64,000 bases of DNA from a virus (IMGVR_UViG_3300042363_001075:5141-69140); one strand, 5' to 3'. Numbered from the stretch's first letter, positions 8,201-15,970 are shown. The notes: generated by a model from the letters alone, not told the origin. Translations and numbers: made by a program.

Positions 8201-10490
8201 TTCCACTAGTGCCGCTACTTCCTGAAGTTCCACTTGAACCTGAAGTTCCATCAGTACCACTAGTTCCTGAAGAACCTGAAGTTCCATCAGTACCACTAGT
8301 TCCGCTTGACCCTGAAGTCCCATCAGTACCTGAAGTACCGCTTGAACCTGAAGTTCCTGATGATCCATCTGTTCCGCTTGTTCCTGATGAACCGCTCGTA
8401 CCATCAGTTCCTGATGTTCCACTTGAACCACTACTTCCTGATGTACCGTCAACACCCGAAAGTCCTGAAGTTCCATCAGTACCACTTGTTCCATTTATAC
8501 CTGAAGTTCCATCAGTCCCACTTGTTCCTGATGAACCGTCTGTTCCACTTGTACCACTACTCCCACTAGACCCATCAGTTCCGCTTGTACCTGAAGTTCC
8601 GTCTGTACCACTTGTACCTGAAGAACCTGAAGTTCCGTCTGTGCCGCTAGTTCCTGATGATCCTGAAGTTCCGTCTGTGCCGCTTGTACCACTTGAACCT
8701 GAAGTTCCGTCTGTCCCACTAGTTCCGCTTGATCCCGAACTACCTGAAGTTCCGTCTGTGCCGCTTGTACCACTACTTCCTGAAGTACCATCTGTTCCAC
8801 TTGTTCCGCTTGACCCTGAAGTTCCATCAGTGCCGCTTGTCCCTGATGAACCGCTTGTTCCGTCTGTTCCTGAAGTTCCTGATGAACCACTTGACCCATC
8901 AGTCCCACTAGTTCCACTTGAACCTGAAGTTCCATCAGTACCTGAAGTACCGCTAGATCCTGAAGTTCCGTCTGTTCCACTTGTCCCACTTGATCCTGAA
9001 GTTCCATCTGTCCCACTAGTCCCTGAAGATCCGCTTGTACCGTCTGTTCCACTAGTCCCTGAAGACCCTGAAGTTCCGTCTGTCCCACTAGTGCCTGAAG
9101 AACCTGAAGAACCTGAAGTTCCATCAGTACCTGAAGTTCCACTTGAACCTGAACTACCGTCTGTTCCAGAAGTTCCTGAACTACCTGAAGTTCCACTTGT
9201 CCCACTTGACCCTGAAGTTCCACTTGTCCCTGAAGAACCGCTTGTTCCGTCAGTACCTGAAGTCCCGCTAGTTCCTGAAGAACCTGAAGTTCCATCTGTT
9301 CCACTAGTCCCTGAAGATCCGCTTGTACCGTCCGTACCGCTTGTACCGCTTGATCCAGAAGAACCATCTGTTCCACTAGTACCTGAACTACCTGAAGTTC
9401 CGTCTGTTCCACTTGTACCTGATGAACCACTTGTTCCGTCTGTACCGCTTGTACCACTACTACCTGAAGTTCCGTCTGTACCTGAAGTTCCTGAAGATCC
9501 ACTTGTACCATCAGTACCACTAGTTCCGCTTGACCCTGAAGTCCCATCAGTACCTGAAGTACCGCTTGAACCTGAGGTTCCGTCTGTACCTGAGGTTCCT
9601 GAAGATCCACTTGTACCATCAGTGCCGCTTGTGCCGCTACTTCCTGAGGTTCCGTCTGTGCCGCTTGTTCCACTTGAACCTGAAGTTCCGTCTGTGCCGC
9701 TTGTTCCACTTGAACCTGAAGTTCCGTCTGTACCGCTTGTACCACTACTACCTGAAGTTCCGTCTGTTCCACTAGTTCCTGATGATCCCGAAGTTCCATC
9801 TGTTCCGCTAGTTCCTGAAGATCCACTTGTACCATCAGTTCCACTAGTTCCTGATGAACCTGAAGTTCCTGATGAGCCTGAAGTACCATCTACCCCCGAT
9901 AAACCAGAAGTTCCACTTGTACCACTTGATCCTGAACTACCGTCAGAACCTGCCGTTCCGCTTGTACCTGAAGATCCTGAAGTTCCATCTGTACCACTTG
10001 TTCCGCTTGATCCTGAAGACCCATCTGTCCCCGCAGAACCACTTGTTCCGCTTGATCCTGAACTACCGTCAGAACCTGCAGTTCCGCTTGATCCTGAAGT
10101 TCCACTACTACCATCAGTACCACTTGTTCCTGATGAACCTGAACTACCAACAGTTCCTGAAGATCCACTTGTACCAGAACTACCACTTAATCCGTCAGTA
10201 CCTGATGTACCACTTGACCCTGAAATTCCTGATGTACCACTTGATCCACTAGATCCTGCACTTCCCGTAATACCACTTGATCCGTCTTGACCACTTGACC
10301 CTGAAGTACCAGAAGTACCCATAGTACCACTTGCACCACTTAAAATTGCTTGTAAATCACTTAGGGGAGCATAAAAAGATGAACCTTGAGGGCTTTGGGA
10401 AGTATCGCCTGTTACTACAACATGGAATATGTCATTTAATGTGACTGCTGAAACTCTGGTCCTATCGGTTAATCTATTATATATTGGCAT
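2217..10490 (-). CDS. Giant collagen-like / polyglycine-II-like Gly-X-Y Ser/Thr fibre protein (2757 aa)
   Basis: ~50 aa N-terminal head, ~2560 aa of G-X-Y (X mostly S/T; Y mostly S/D/A/T; no Pro), then a fibre-type motif NDILTSDGAGGINAETNFTYN and a ~110 aa beta-rich C-terminal domain. Confidence 0.85.
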   Translation of the reverse strand: MPIYNRLTDRTRVSAVTLNDIFHVVVTGDTSQSPQGSSFYAPLSDLQAILSGASGTMGTSGTSGSSGQDGSSGITGSAGSSGSSGTSGISGSSGTSGTDGLSGSSGTSGSSGTVGSSGSSGTSGTDGSSGTSGSSGTAGSDGSSGSSGTSGSAGTDGSSGSSGTSGTDGTSGSSGTSGTAGSDGSSGSSGTSGTSGLSGVDGTSGSSGTSGSSGTSGTDGTSGSSGTSGTDGTSGSSGTSGTDGTSGSSGTSGTDGTSGSSGTSGTDGTSGSSGTSGTDGTSGSSGTSGTDGTSGSSGTSGTDGTSGSSGTSGTDGTSGSSGTSGTDGTSGSSGTSGTDGTSGSSGTSGTDGTSGSSGTSGTDGTSGSSGTSGTDGSSGSSGTSGTDGTSGSSGTSGTDGTSGSSGTSGTSGTDGTSGSSGTSGTSGSSGTSGTSGSSGTSGTDGSSGSSGTSGTDGTSGSSGSSGTSGTDGTSGSSGTSGTDGTSGSSGTSGTDGTSGSSGTSGTDGTSGSSGTSGTDGTSGSSGTSGTDGSSGSSGTSGTDGTSGSSGTSGTDGTSGSSGTSGTDGTSGSSGTSGTDGTSGSSGSSGTSGTDGTSGSSGTSGTDGTSGSSGTSGTDGTSGSSGTSGTDGTSGTSGTDGSSGSSGTSGTDGSSGTSGTDGTSGINGTSGTDGTSGLSGVDGTSGSSGSSGTSGTDGTSGSSGTSGTDGSSGTSGSSGTSGTDGTSGSSGTSGTDGTSGSSGTSGTDGTSGSSGTSGSSGTSGTDGTSGSSGTSGSSGTSGTDGTSGSSGTSGTDGSSGSSGTSGTDGSSGTSGTDGSSGSSGTSGTDGSSGSSGTSGTDGSSGTSGTDGTSGSSGTSGTDGSSGSSGSSGTSGTDGTSGSSGTSGTSGTDGSSGSSGTSGTDGSSGTSGTDGSSGSSGTSGTDGSSGSSGTDGTSGTDGSSGTSGTDGSSGTSGTDGSSGSSGSSGTSGTDGTSGSSGTSGTDGSSGSSGTSGTDGTSGSSGTSGTDGTSGSSGSSGTSGTDGTSGSSGTSGSSGTSGTDGTSGSSGTSGTDGTSGSSGTSGSSGTSGSSGTSGTDGTSGSSGTSGTDGTSGSSGTSGTDGTSGSSGTSGTDGTSGSSGTSGTDGTSGSSGTSGTDGTSGSSGTSGTDGSSGSSGTSGTDGSSGSSGTSGTDGTSGSSGTDGTSGSSGTDGTSGSSGTSGTDGTSGSSGTSGTDGTSGLSGVDGTSGSAGSSGTSGTDGTSGSSGTSGTSGTDGTSGSSGTSGSSGSSGTSGTDGTSGSSGSSGSSGSSGSSGTSGSSGTSGSSGTSGSSGTSGTDGTSGSSGTSGSSGSSGTSGSSGSTGSSGSSGSSGSSGSSGSTGTSGSSGTSGTDGTSGSSGTSGTDGTSGSSGTSGSSGSTGTSGSSGSSGSAGSAGTSGSSGTSGSTGTSGSSGTSGTDGSSGTSGSSGSSGSSGSSGTTGSSGSAGSSGSTGTSGSAGTSGTDGSSGSSGSSGSSGTSGSTGTSGSSGSSGSAGSSGSSGSSGSSGSSGSSGTSGSAGTSGTDGSSGTSGSAGSSGSSGTSGTSGSSGTSGTSGSSGTSGTSGSSGSSGSSGSSGTSGTTGTSGSSGSSGSSGSTGTSGSSGTSGSAGSSGSSGSTGTSGSSGTSGSSGSSGTSGSSGSTGTSGSSGSAGSSGSSGSSGSSGSTGTSGSSGSAGSSGSSGSTGTSGSSGTSGTSGTSGSAGSSGSSGSAGSSGSSGSTGTSGSAGTSGSSGSSGSAGSSGSSGTSGTSGSSGSSGSSGSSGSTGTSGSAGSSGTSGSAGTSGSSGSTGTSGSSGTSGSSGSAGSSGSSGTSGSSGTSGTSGSSGSAGSSGSSGSTGSSGSSGTSGSSGTTGTSGSSGSAGSSGSSGSTGTSGSAGSSGSSGSSGSAGSSGSSGSSGTSGTSGSSGSAGSSGSSGTSGSTGTSGSSGSAGSSGTSGSAGSSGSAGSSGSSGSTGTSGSSGTSGSSGTSGSAGSSGSSGSSGSSGSTGTSGSAGSSGSSGTSGSSGSTGSSGSSGSTGTSGSSGTSGSSGSSGSTGTSGSSGTSGTSGSAGSSGSSGSTGTSGSSGSSGSSGSSGSAGSSGTSGSSGSTGTSGSSGTSGSSGSAGTSGTSGSSGSTGTSGSSGTSGSSGSSGTSGSSGTSGSSGTSGSSGSAGTSGTSGSSGSTGTSGSSGSAGSSGSSGSSGSTGTSGSSGTSGTTGSSGSSGSSGSSGSTGTSGSSGTSGTSGSAGSSGTSGSSGSSGSSGSSGSSGSSGLTGTSGSSGSAGSSGSSGTSGTSGSAGSSGTSGTSGTSGTSGSSGSSGTSGTSGSAGSSGSSGSSGSSGSSGSSGSTGTSGSSGTSGSSGSSGSSGSSGSSGSTGTSGSSGSAGSSGSSGSSGSSGSSGSTGTSGSSGTSGTSGSSGSGGSSGSSGSSGSSGSTGTSGSSGSSGSSGSTGTSGSAGSSGSSGSSGSSGSTGTSGSSGTSGTSGSSGSAGSSGSSGSSGSTGTSGSSGSSGSSGSSGSAGSSGSSGTSGTSGTSGTSGSSGTSGSSGSSGTSGTSGSNGTSGSSGTSGTSGSSGTSGSSGSSGSSGSSGSSGSSGTSGSSGTSGTSGSAGTSGVSPTVPGADNDILTSDGAGGINAETNFTYNAVDNVLTLTVSYDKVNTVSLNNQNITVLVDKFTPDFGCAAFFEYCITENGGAKRMGQVYSTWDSGGVTFTDVSSPDLNASTAGLKWDMTVSGGFVNLFAKINAGTWDILVATRIIF
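2659..10340 (-). repeat. ~7.7 kb Gly-X-Y coding repeat (~850 triplets)
   Basis: Gly every third residue throughout; synonymous codons heavily shuffled. Confidence 0.95.
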
Positions 10491-10498
10491 CTCAAACT

Positions 10499-10506
10499 AT
10501 AAATAT
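10499..10506 (-). promoter_or_regulatory. Putative late promoter box ATATTTAT
   Basis: 8 nt upstream of ATG 10490; part of palindrome ATAAATATTTAT. Confidence 0.6.
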
Positions 10507-10578
10507 TTATGACTTGGAAAGTATCTCCTTGTATTATATAATAATTATTAGGTTTATTGGTTTATAAGTATAGAACTC

Positions 10579-11082
10579 TTATCTTAAACATGGATTTAAG
10601 TTGGGAGTATTAGTCGGAGTTGGTGTTCTATACATACTTGGAGAAGGTATAACGGGAAGTGGATAATTTCCACAAGGATTATATGATGGTGTTACTGTTG
10701 GCGTACTTATTGGAGTTCCTGTTGGTGTTGAGGTATATGTAGGGGTAGGTGTTGGTGAAGGCAAACTACATTGATCGTATGTTGGTGTAGGTGTTGGTGT
10801 AGGTGTCGGAGTTGAGGTTTGTGTTTTTGTTGGTGTCAATGTTGGTGTATTTGTCGGTGTTGGTCGAGGCACATTTAAATAATATGTACACTTAGAATCC
10901 AAAACAAAAATTGTATAAGATCCGTAAATTTCTCTTGGTGGTATTAATAAAGAAGGATCAAAAGTGAAAGGTAATGTTACTTCACCTAAATTTATTGATA
11001 CATCACTATTATCAGGTTTGAACATTACTTGAGCTAACTCACCTTCGTTCAAAAAACTATTAATTATAATTTCATTTGCCAT
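10579..11082 (-). CDS. Pro/Thr-rich putative virion protein
   Basis: ~70 aa globular N-terminus, then [13 protein letters not shown] repeats with spaced Cys. Confidence 0.7.
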   Translation of the reverse strand: MANEIIINSFLNEGELAQVMFKPDNSDVSINLGEVTLPFTFDPSLLIPPREIYGSYTIFVLDSKCTYYLNVPRPTPTNTPTLTPTKTQTSTPTPTPTPTPTYDQCSLPSPTPTPTYTSTPTGTPISTPTVTPSYNPCGNYPLPVIPSPSMYRTPTPTNTPNLNPCLR

Positions 11083-13263
11083 TTATACGATTGTATAAGT
11101 AAAGTCGTTTATGAAACAAGATGATGTATCACAAACAGGACAGTCAGGATCAAACATCATAAATGGAGTTTTCAATAAAGAGAAGTTGTGTTTAACTTCA
11201 GGTGCCGATAATGGTTCGGTATAAAATCTAAATTGTGAAATACCACCATCGAAAGTTCCTGCAAAATTTTGTTCAAGTAATATGTGAGTTTTTAATTTGT
11301 TTAAGGTTGTTGCACTTAAAATATTTTCAGGAAAACATTCAGGATCTTGAATGTACAATCCTTCAGTTGTTGCTGTACAAGCAGATAATGTTAAGTTTTC
11401 GTGAAGACCCTGTGTTCCACCACCCCAAGACATGTTGAAAGGTACTGCAACTTGTTTTTCTTTGTCAGTATCTAATGCCCTTGGAATAACCTCTTCAAAA
11501 TTTTCAACTACATAAAATATTCTTCCGTTGATATAAATTTTCAACCTACCCAATCTGAACTTTGTGTCGTCTAACCATCTTTGGTTAAGTTGCACTATTT
11601 CTATTTCACCAGGTATTTCATATCCATTTGTGTATGGTGGTGCAATTAACGCAATATCATTGTTAGCAAGACTCTGTAAAAATTCTACTCTTGTGATATC
11701 ATCTAAACCACCAAACCATTTTAGATCACAAAAGTCAAGATATGTATATCTTTCCCAAACAACATCAATTAAAAACCAATGTTCTAGTTCTAACCAAGCA
11801 GGATTTACTTGTAGACAGTACGGATAAATTGGTGGTGTACAAATATCTACAATTGTGTAACCTGTAGTATAAGTTTGACCTGTAACGCAAGTTCCTGTTG
11901 TTTCACATCCGCCTGTAATTTTAATTGCTCTGATACCTATACCAGGATTTTTTGGATCCCCACAAAGTCTAAAAGATAAATTATTTGACAAATCATCCAT
12001 TTTTGGATCCTTTTCACAAGTATCCTCAACTGATTGAAAAATATTTGAGGGTTCTGCTGGAGGACATCCGCAAGTATCACAACCACAATTATAACAAGAT
12101 GTACAACACGGTGTTGTTGGTTCACACACCACAACACTTGGGTAAGTATCGCAAGGTGGTGTTGGCGATGGAGTTGGGGTCGGAGTTGGTGTGGGTATTG
12201 TTATTCCTGAACACACATGTTCAAAACACATCCATCCACAAGTTTCGCAAGGATCTAAGTCACAACCACAACCACATGTAAGTTTTTCTTGATAATTTCC
12301 TTGACATAAATTACAACCATAATTTAAATGAGGATCATACACACCACCTATTGGTCTTGGTGGATAAACATATATACATCTACTATTGTTTACGGAATAA
12401 TCACAACAAGCACATGTTTCTTCACATGTTAAACCTGATGTAACTCTTGTATATCCCGTATCACATTTAGGACTTCCGTCAGCGTAGTGATAAAATTTAT
12501 TTTCCGCTCTTGATCCTAAATAGAAAAAAGTGTTTTTATTATTTGGATAAATTTGATTTAAAGTTGTATATCCTGGAGGTGGGGTGTATTCGTCAACAAA
12601 TCTTGGTTTTAAAACCATTTCAACTGTCCAACCTTTATTCATTCTTTCAGGAAGGATATTATAGTCGTACCCGAATAACTTATAGAATCCTTGATAAAAA
12701 CCACCATAAAGTTCAACATATCTTCCTATCGTTGGTGCTGTTTTAGAAACCATTTGATATGTCGTATATAAAGGAACGCCTGAGAATTTATGATTATCAG
12801 GAACATTTGTTGTGGTTTGAATAAACTTCATTCGTCTATCATAAACAAGTCTATCAAATTTTTCACTGTCGTTAAAAAATCCGTTTGTGTATTGTAATAT
12901 ATCACCTTTAATTTTAGTGACTAAACCATTGTCAACACCAGTAAGTCCAATATCACAAAGAGTGTTTGCACTAAAACATTTAAAATCAACATCTTTAGGG
13001 TCATAAAAACTTTCAGAAACAATAACATTATTATAGTTGTATTGACCATAAAGAAGATTTAAGTTCTGAGTAGTCATTGGACTATTAAGATTTAAATTGA
13101 CTGGTAATTTTTTACCGTCCTCTAAACCAATAAGAAACGGAGAGAATACAACTTCTTGATTGTAGTCCACCTCATCCGACGCTAAAGACATATCCTGCCC
13201 GTCATAAATGACTTGCAACTTAAGTTTTGGATAGTTATATTGATTTATATTCTGATATGCCAT
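11083..13263 (-). CDS. LamG/concanavalin-like lectin-fold protein with Cys-rich and Pro-Thr insertions
   Basis: GWTVEMVLKP, GRLKIYINGR and FDGGISQFRFYTEPLSAPEVKHNF resemble LamG strands; CGCGC and CCTSCYNCGCDTCGC clusters. Confidence 0.6.
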   Translation of the reverse strand: MAYQNINQYNYPKLKLQVIYDGQDMSLASDEVDYNQEVVFSPFLIGLEDGKKLPVNLNLNSPMTTQNLNLLYGQYNYNNVIVSESFYDPKDVDFKCFSANTLCDIGLTGVDNGLVTKIKGDILQYTNGFFNDSEKFDRLVYDRRMKFIQTTTNVPDNHKFSGVPLYTTYQMVSKTAPTIGRYVELYGGFYQGFYKLFGYDYNILPERMNKGWTVEMVLKPRFVDEYTPPPGYTTLNQIYPNNKNTFFYLGSRAENKFYHYADGSPKCDTGYTRVTSGLTCEETCACCDYSVNNSRCIYVYPPRPIGGVYDPHLNYGCNLCQGNYQEKLTCGCGCDLDPCETCGWMCFEHVCSGITIPTPTPTPTPSPTPPCDTYPSVVVCEPTTPCCTSCYNCGCDTCGCPPAEPSNIFQSVEDTCEKDPKMDDLSNNLSFRLCGDPKNPGIGIRAIKITGGCETTGTCVTGQTYTTGYTIVDICTPPIYPYCLQVNPAWLELEHWFLIDVVWERYTYLDFCDLKWFGGLDDITRVEFLQSLANNDIALIAPPYTNGYEIPGEIEIVQLNQRWLDDTKFRLGRLKIYINGRIFYVVENFEEVIPRALDTDKEKQVAVPFNMSWGGGTQGLHENLTLSACTATTEGLYIQDPECFPENILSATTLNKLKTHILLEQNFAGTFDGGISQFRFYTEPLSAPEVKHNFSLLKTPFMMFDPDCPVCDTSSCFINDFTYTIV

Positions 13264-13274
13264 TTGTTTTACTT

Positions 13275-13282
13275 ATAAATAC
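13275..13282 (-). promoter_or_regulatory. Putative late promoter box GTATTTAT
   Basis: 11 nt upstream of ATG 13263. Confidence 0.6.
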
Positions 13283-13293
13283 TGCAAGTCAAA

Positions 13294-13301
13294 GTATTTA
13301 T
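13294..13301 (+). promoter_or_regulatory. Putative late promoter box GTATTTAT
   Basis: 15 nt upstream of ATG 13317; back-to-back with the box at 13275. Confidence 0.6.
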
Positions 13302-13316
13302 TAAGAAACTTTGACC

Positions 13317-14204
13317 ATGATTGGATTGAACCAAGAGTATTTTCAAACACCATATTATTTCTTTCTTAAAGATAAGGGAGATAAAATTGCCGTATATTAC
13401 TCAGTATCGGACACCATAACAGAATCAAGAAAAACGGATGATGTAATTATTGTTGATAAAGAGGTTTTCGAGGAAATCCAAAAAGTAATATCAAAAATTT
13501 TAAATTCAGGAAAAAAATTAACAAAAGAGTTTGTTCACAATCTTTTAGATAAAAAGGCAAAATCAAAAGAAAAACCTGACGGTGAACTTGGGGAGTTAGT
13601 TAATCCAGACGGATCTATAGTTAGTTCAAGTATTCCAATTTTGAATCAAAGAAACTTGGCGAAAAAGACTATGGACCAAACAGTTCGTATGTCACGAGTA
13701 AATCAATTCCCTTGGGTAAGAGTTTACTATGGTGAATCAACGGAAAGTAATGGTGAGACTATTAGTGAAATAGACCAATCTGAATCTTTCGGGTATGATG
13801 AAACAGAAGACGCATCAACTTACGATCAGGCAAACAAGATTTTGAAGAAAATGGGGGTTGAGGATCCGTTTGAAAGAAAAGAAAGAGTTCAGAGACTTGG
13901 GTTTGATAAAAATCTTGATAAAGAATTAAAAAACGAAAAAAAAAGGGGTGAATGTAAAAATTGCTTTACTAAAAGAAGATTGTCTGAGTTAGAAAAAGAA
14001 AAAATGGAAAAAATGATTGATGAGATATTAATTTCAAAAAAATCAAAAGACAAAGACTTTGTTAAAAAAACAAAAGATAGTGATGGAACTGAAAGTGTTA
14101 TTGAAAAATTACTTTTAAGAAATTTAGAAGCGGTAAAAAAACTAGCAGATAAAGAAGATATTGATATCGAAAAATTATTAAAACAATTAAAAAAAGGTGA
14201 ATAG
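13317..14204 (+). CDS. Hypothetical charged protein (possible internal head protein)
   Basis: ORF; ATG at 13317 preferred over TTG at 13311; K/E-rich with ITE-type sites. Confidence 0.7.
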   Translation: MIGLNQEYFQTPYYFFLKDKGDKIAVYYSVSDTITESRKTDDVIIVDKEVFEEIQKVISKILNSGKKLTKEFVHNLLDKKAKSKEKPDGELGELVNPDGSIVSSSIPILNQRNLAKKTMDQTVRMSRVNQFPWVRVYYGESTESNGETISEIDQSESFGYDETEDASTYDQANKILKKMGVEDPFERKERVQRLGFDKNLDKELKNEKKRGECKNCFTKRRLSELEKEKMEKMIDEILISKKSKDKDFVKKTKDSDGTESVIEKLLLRNLEAVKKLADKEDIDIEKLLKQLKKGE

Positions 14205-14664
14205 TAATTTATATAATAAAACAATTGAGTTACCAGAAGAAATTGTTGAGTACTTACAATCTTGCTTTGAGTATATCCCAAATTCGGATAGTAGTGTGGA
14301 AGGACACAAAAGAAATCAAGAATTAAGGGACACTGGATATGTTACTTATCAACAATTGGGTAGAATTAAAAGTTGGTTTGATAATTATAGTGGTGATGGG
14401 ACTGACGCACCTTATATATTAAATGGTGCTGACTATATGAAAAATTGGGTAGAAACAACTATTCAGGATTTGAGAAAACAAGATACAACAAACCCTGAGG
14501 TTGAGAATATAATGCCAGATGAAATAGATGGTAAACTTGTTAAAGACTTAGGACCAATCGCTGATATGATAAGACCTTCAAAAGATCATAGCACTTTTAC
14601 TCAAGATGTTAGAATTAAAGAAGATCTCGACAGAATAAACCAAATAATGAAACAAATAATTTAA
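14197..14664 (+). CDS. Hypothetical protein
   Basis: 155 aa ORF overlapping the previous stop. Confidence 0.7.
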   Translation: MNSNLYNKTIELPEEIVEYLQSCFEYIPNSDSSVEGHKRNQELRDTGYVTYQQLGRIKSWFDNYSGDGTDAPYILNGADYMKNWVETTIQDLRKQDTTNPEVENIMPDEIDGKLVKDLGPIADMIRPSKDHSTFTQDVRIKEDLDRINQIMKQII

Positions 14665-14665
14665 A

Positions 14666-14950
14666 ATGCAAACAGAAAGATTAGACTTCGCACAACCGGC
14701 AAATGACTTGACTGCAATTGCTGATTTACAAAGAAAAAGTTTGATAGTAAAAAACGATTACAAAACTGTCAACCCATATTCTTCTGTAAACCCTGACGCT
14801 CTCTCTGACGGAGATGAATCAGGAAAAGGCACAGGTATTTTTTTAGACACCGTTAATGGTGGTTCTTCTATTGATATCATAGAAAGAAAAAATGAAATCA
14901 AAGTTAATGAATATCAACCTAACAAACCATATACTACTCCTGCGGCGTAA
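14666..14950 (+). CDS. Hypothetical small protein with internal duplication
   Basis: RKSLIVKNDYKTVNPYS / RKNEIKVNEYQPNKPYT repeat pair. Confidence 0.65.
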   Translation: MQTERLDFAQPANDLTAIADLQRKSLIVKNDYKTVNPYSSVNPDALSDGDESGKGTGIFLDTVNGGSSIDIIERKNEIKVNEYQPNKPYTTPAA

Positions 14951-15348
14951 TGAAACTTTACAACACATTAAATAAACTTATTTTAGAAGTAGCAACAGCT
15001 GATCAAATAACTGATGCTATAAGAAATAAAAAGGTATGTGTTATTTATTATAACGGTGACGAACCTGGTGGTAAGGGGTTGAGGGTTGTTGAACCTGTAG
15101 CCTATGGTTACAGTAAAAAAGGTAATCCTGTATTAAGGGCTTGGGATAGAGAAGGATCTTCACACAGAGCTTATTTAGGAGAAAAACCTCTTCCAAGTTG
15201 GAGATTTTTTAGGGTGGATAAAATGGAATTTATTAGACCTACTCAAGAAGTATTCAACGAGCCTCGACCTGGTTATAATCCTACAGGTGACAGGAGTATG
15301 GAAAGAATGATAATTAACGCAGTATTTGGAAACGAAAATATAACATAA
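14950..15348 (+). CDS. Stand-alone WYL-domain protein
   Basis: DAIRNKKVCVIYY...LRVVEPVAYG...VLRAW...WRFFRVDKM fits the WYL pattern; no HTH. Confidence 0.7.
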   Translation: MKLYNTLNKLILEVATADQITDAIRNKKVCVIYYNGDEPGGKGLRVVEPVAYGYSKKGNPVLRAWDREGSSHRAYLGEKPLPSWRFFRVDKMEFIRPTQEVFNEPRPGYNPTGDRSMERMIINAVFGNENIT

Positions 15349-15349
15349 T

Positions 15350-15970
15350 ATGAATTCAGAATCAGAACTACTACAAAAATTAATGATCTCAAAACAGATC
15401 ATGGAAAAACACAATGATATGAGTAGAGGTCAATCTCGTAACATAAACATGGGTAACGACTTTTCAAGTCCCATGGTTGAGAATTACGAAGCACCAGCAG
15501 CAAGATATAATTTACCTCAAGATTTATTAGAAGAATCAAGACCAGTGTCACAACCAAGACAATCAAATGTTCCAATAGAAGATAGAATTGCAAGTTCTAA
15601 ATTACCTGATGAAATTAAAAAATTAATGATGGAACACCCAATACAACAACCTAGTATGGGCATGTCTACAAATAGTGTTTTATCAGAAGAATTAATTTCA
15701 AAGGCATCAAGGTTGATGGGTACGAATGCTAAAGGTGATCCTTATCAAGAAGAACCACAAAGAAAACAACAAAAACAAACTACCTCACAATCATTTGGTT
15801 TAGACATTAACCAAATAAAACAAGTTGTTAGAGAAACTGTTGAGGAGGTCCTGTCGGAAAATGGTCTTTTAGTAGAACAAGAAAGCAAATCTTCAGATAT
15901 GTTTAAGTTTAGAGTAGGACAACATTTGTTTGAGGGTAAAGTCCTCAAAGTAAAAAAAATGAGTAAATAA
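15350..15970 (+). CDS. Hypothetical protein
   Basis: 206 aa ORF; Q/S-rich linker and small C-terminal beta domain. Confidence 0.7.
   Translation: MNSESELLQKLMISKQIMEKHNDMSRGQSRNINMGNDFSSPMVENYEAPAARYNLPQDLLEESRPVSQPRQSNVPIEDRIASSKLPDEIKKLMMEHPIQQPSMGMSTNSVLSEELISKASRLMGTNAKGDPYQEEPQRKQQKQTTSQSFGLDINQIKQVVRETVEEVLSENGLLVEQESKSSDMFKFRVGQHLFEGKVLKVKKMSK

Noticed and set aside
2618-10252. Many Q/V/L-rich and H/L-rich ORFs within the repeat (2618, 3680, 6821, 8495, 7595 etc.)
   Set aside because: Alternative-frame artefacts of the 9-nt periodic repeat.
2995-10290. 2431-aa plus-strand Pro-x-x ORF
   Set aside because: Shadow of the antisense Gly-X-Y codons (GGN reversed gives Pro every third codon). 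It has no promoter and no unique domain.
1-10340. CRISPR array or satellite DNA
   Set aside because: No constant repeat with unique spacers; the periodicity is codon-level and sits inside open reading frames.
5860-10340. Host Bacteroidota O-glycosylation sequons D-(S/T)-(A/I/L/V/M/T) in the repeat
   Set aside because: Asp is always followed by Gly, so the sequon does not form; any glycosylation would need other enzymes.
2217-10490. Bacterial ice-nucleation protein (InaZ-type)
   Set aside because: Lacks the AGYGSTxTA 16-residue repeat; the period is 3.
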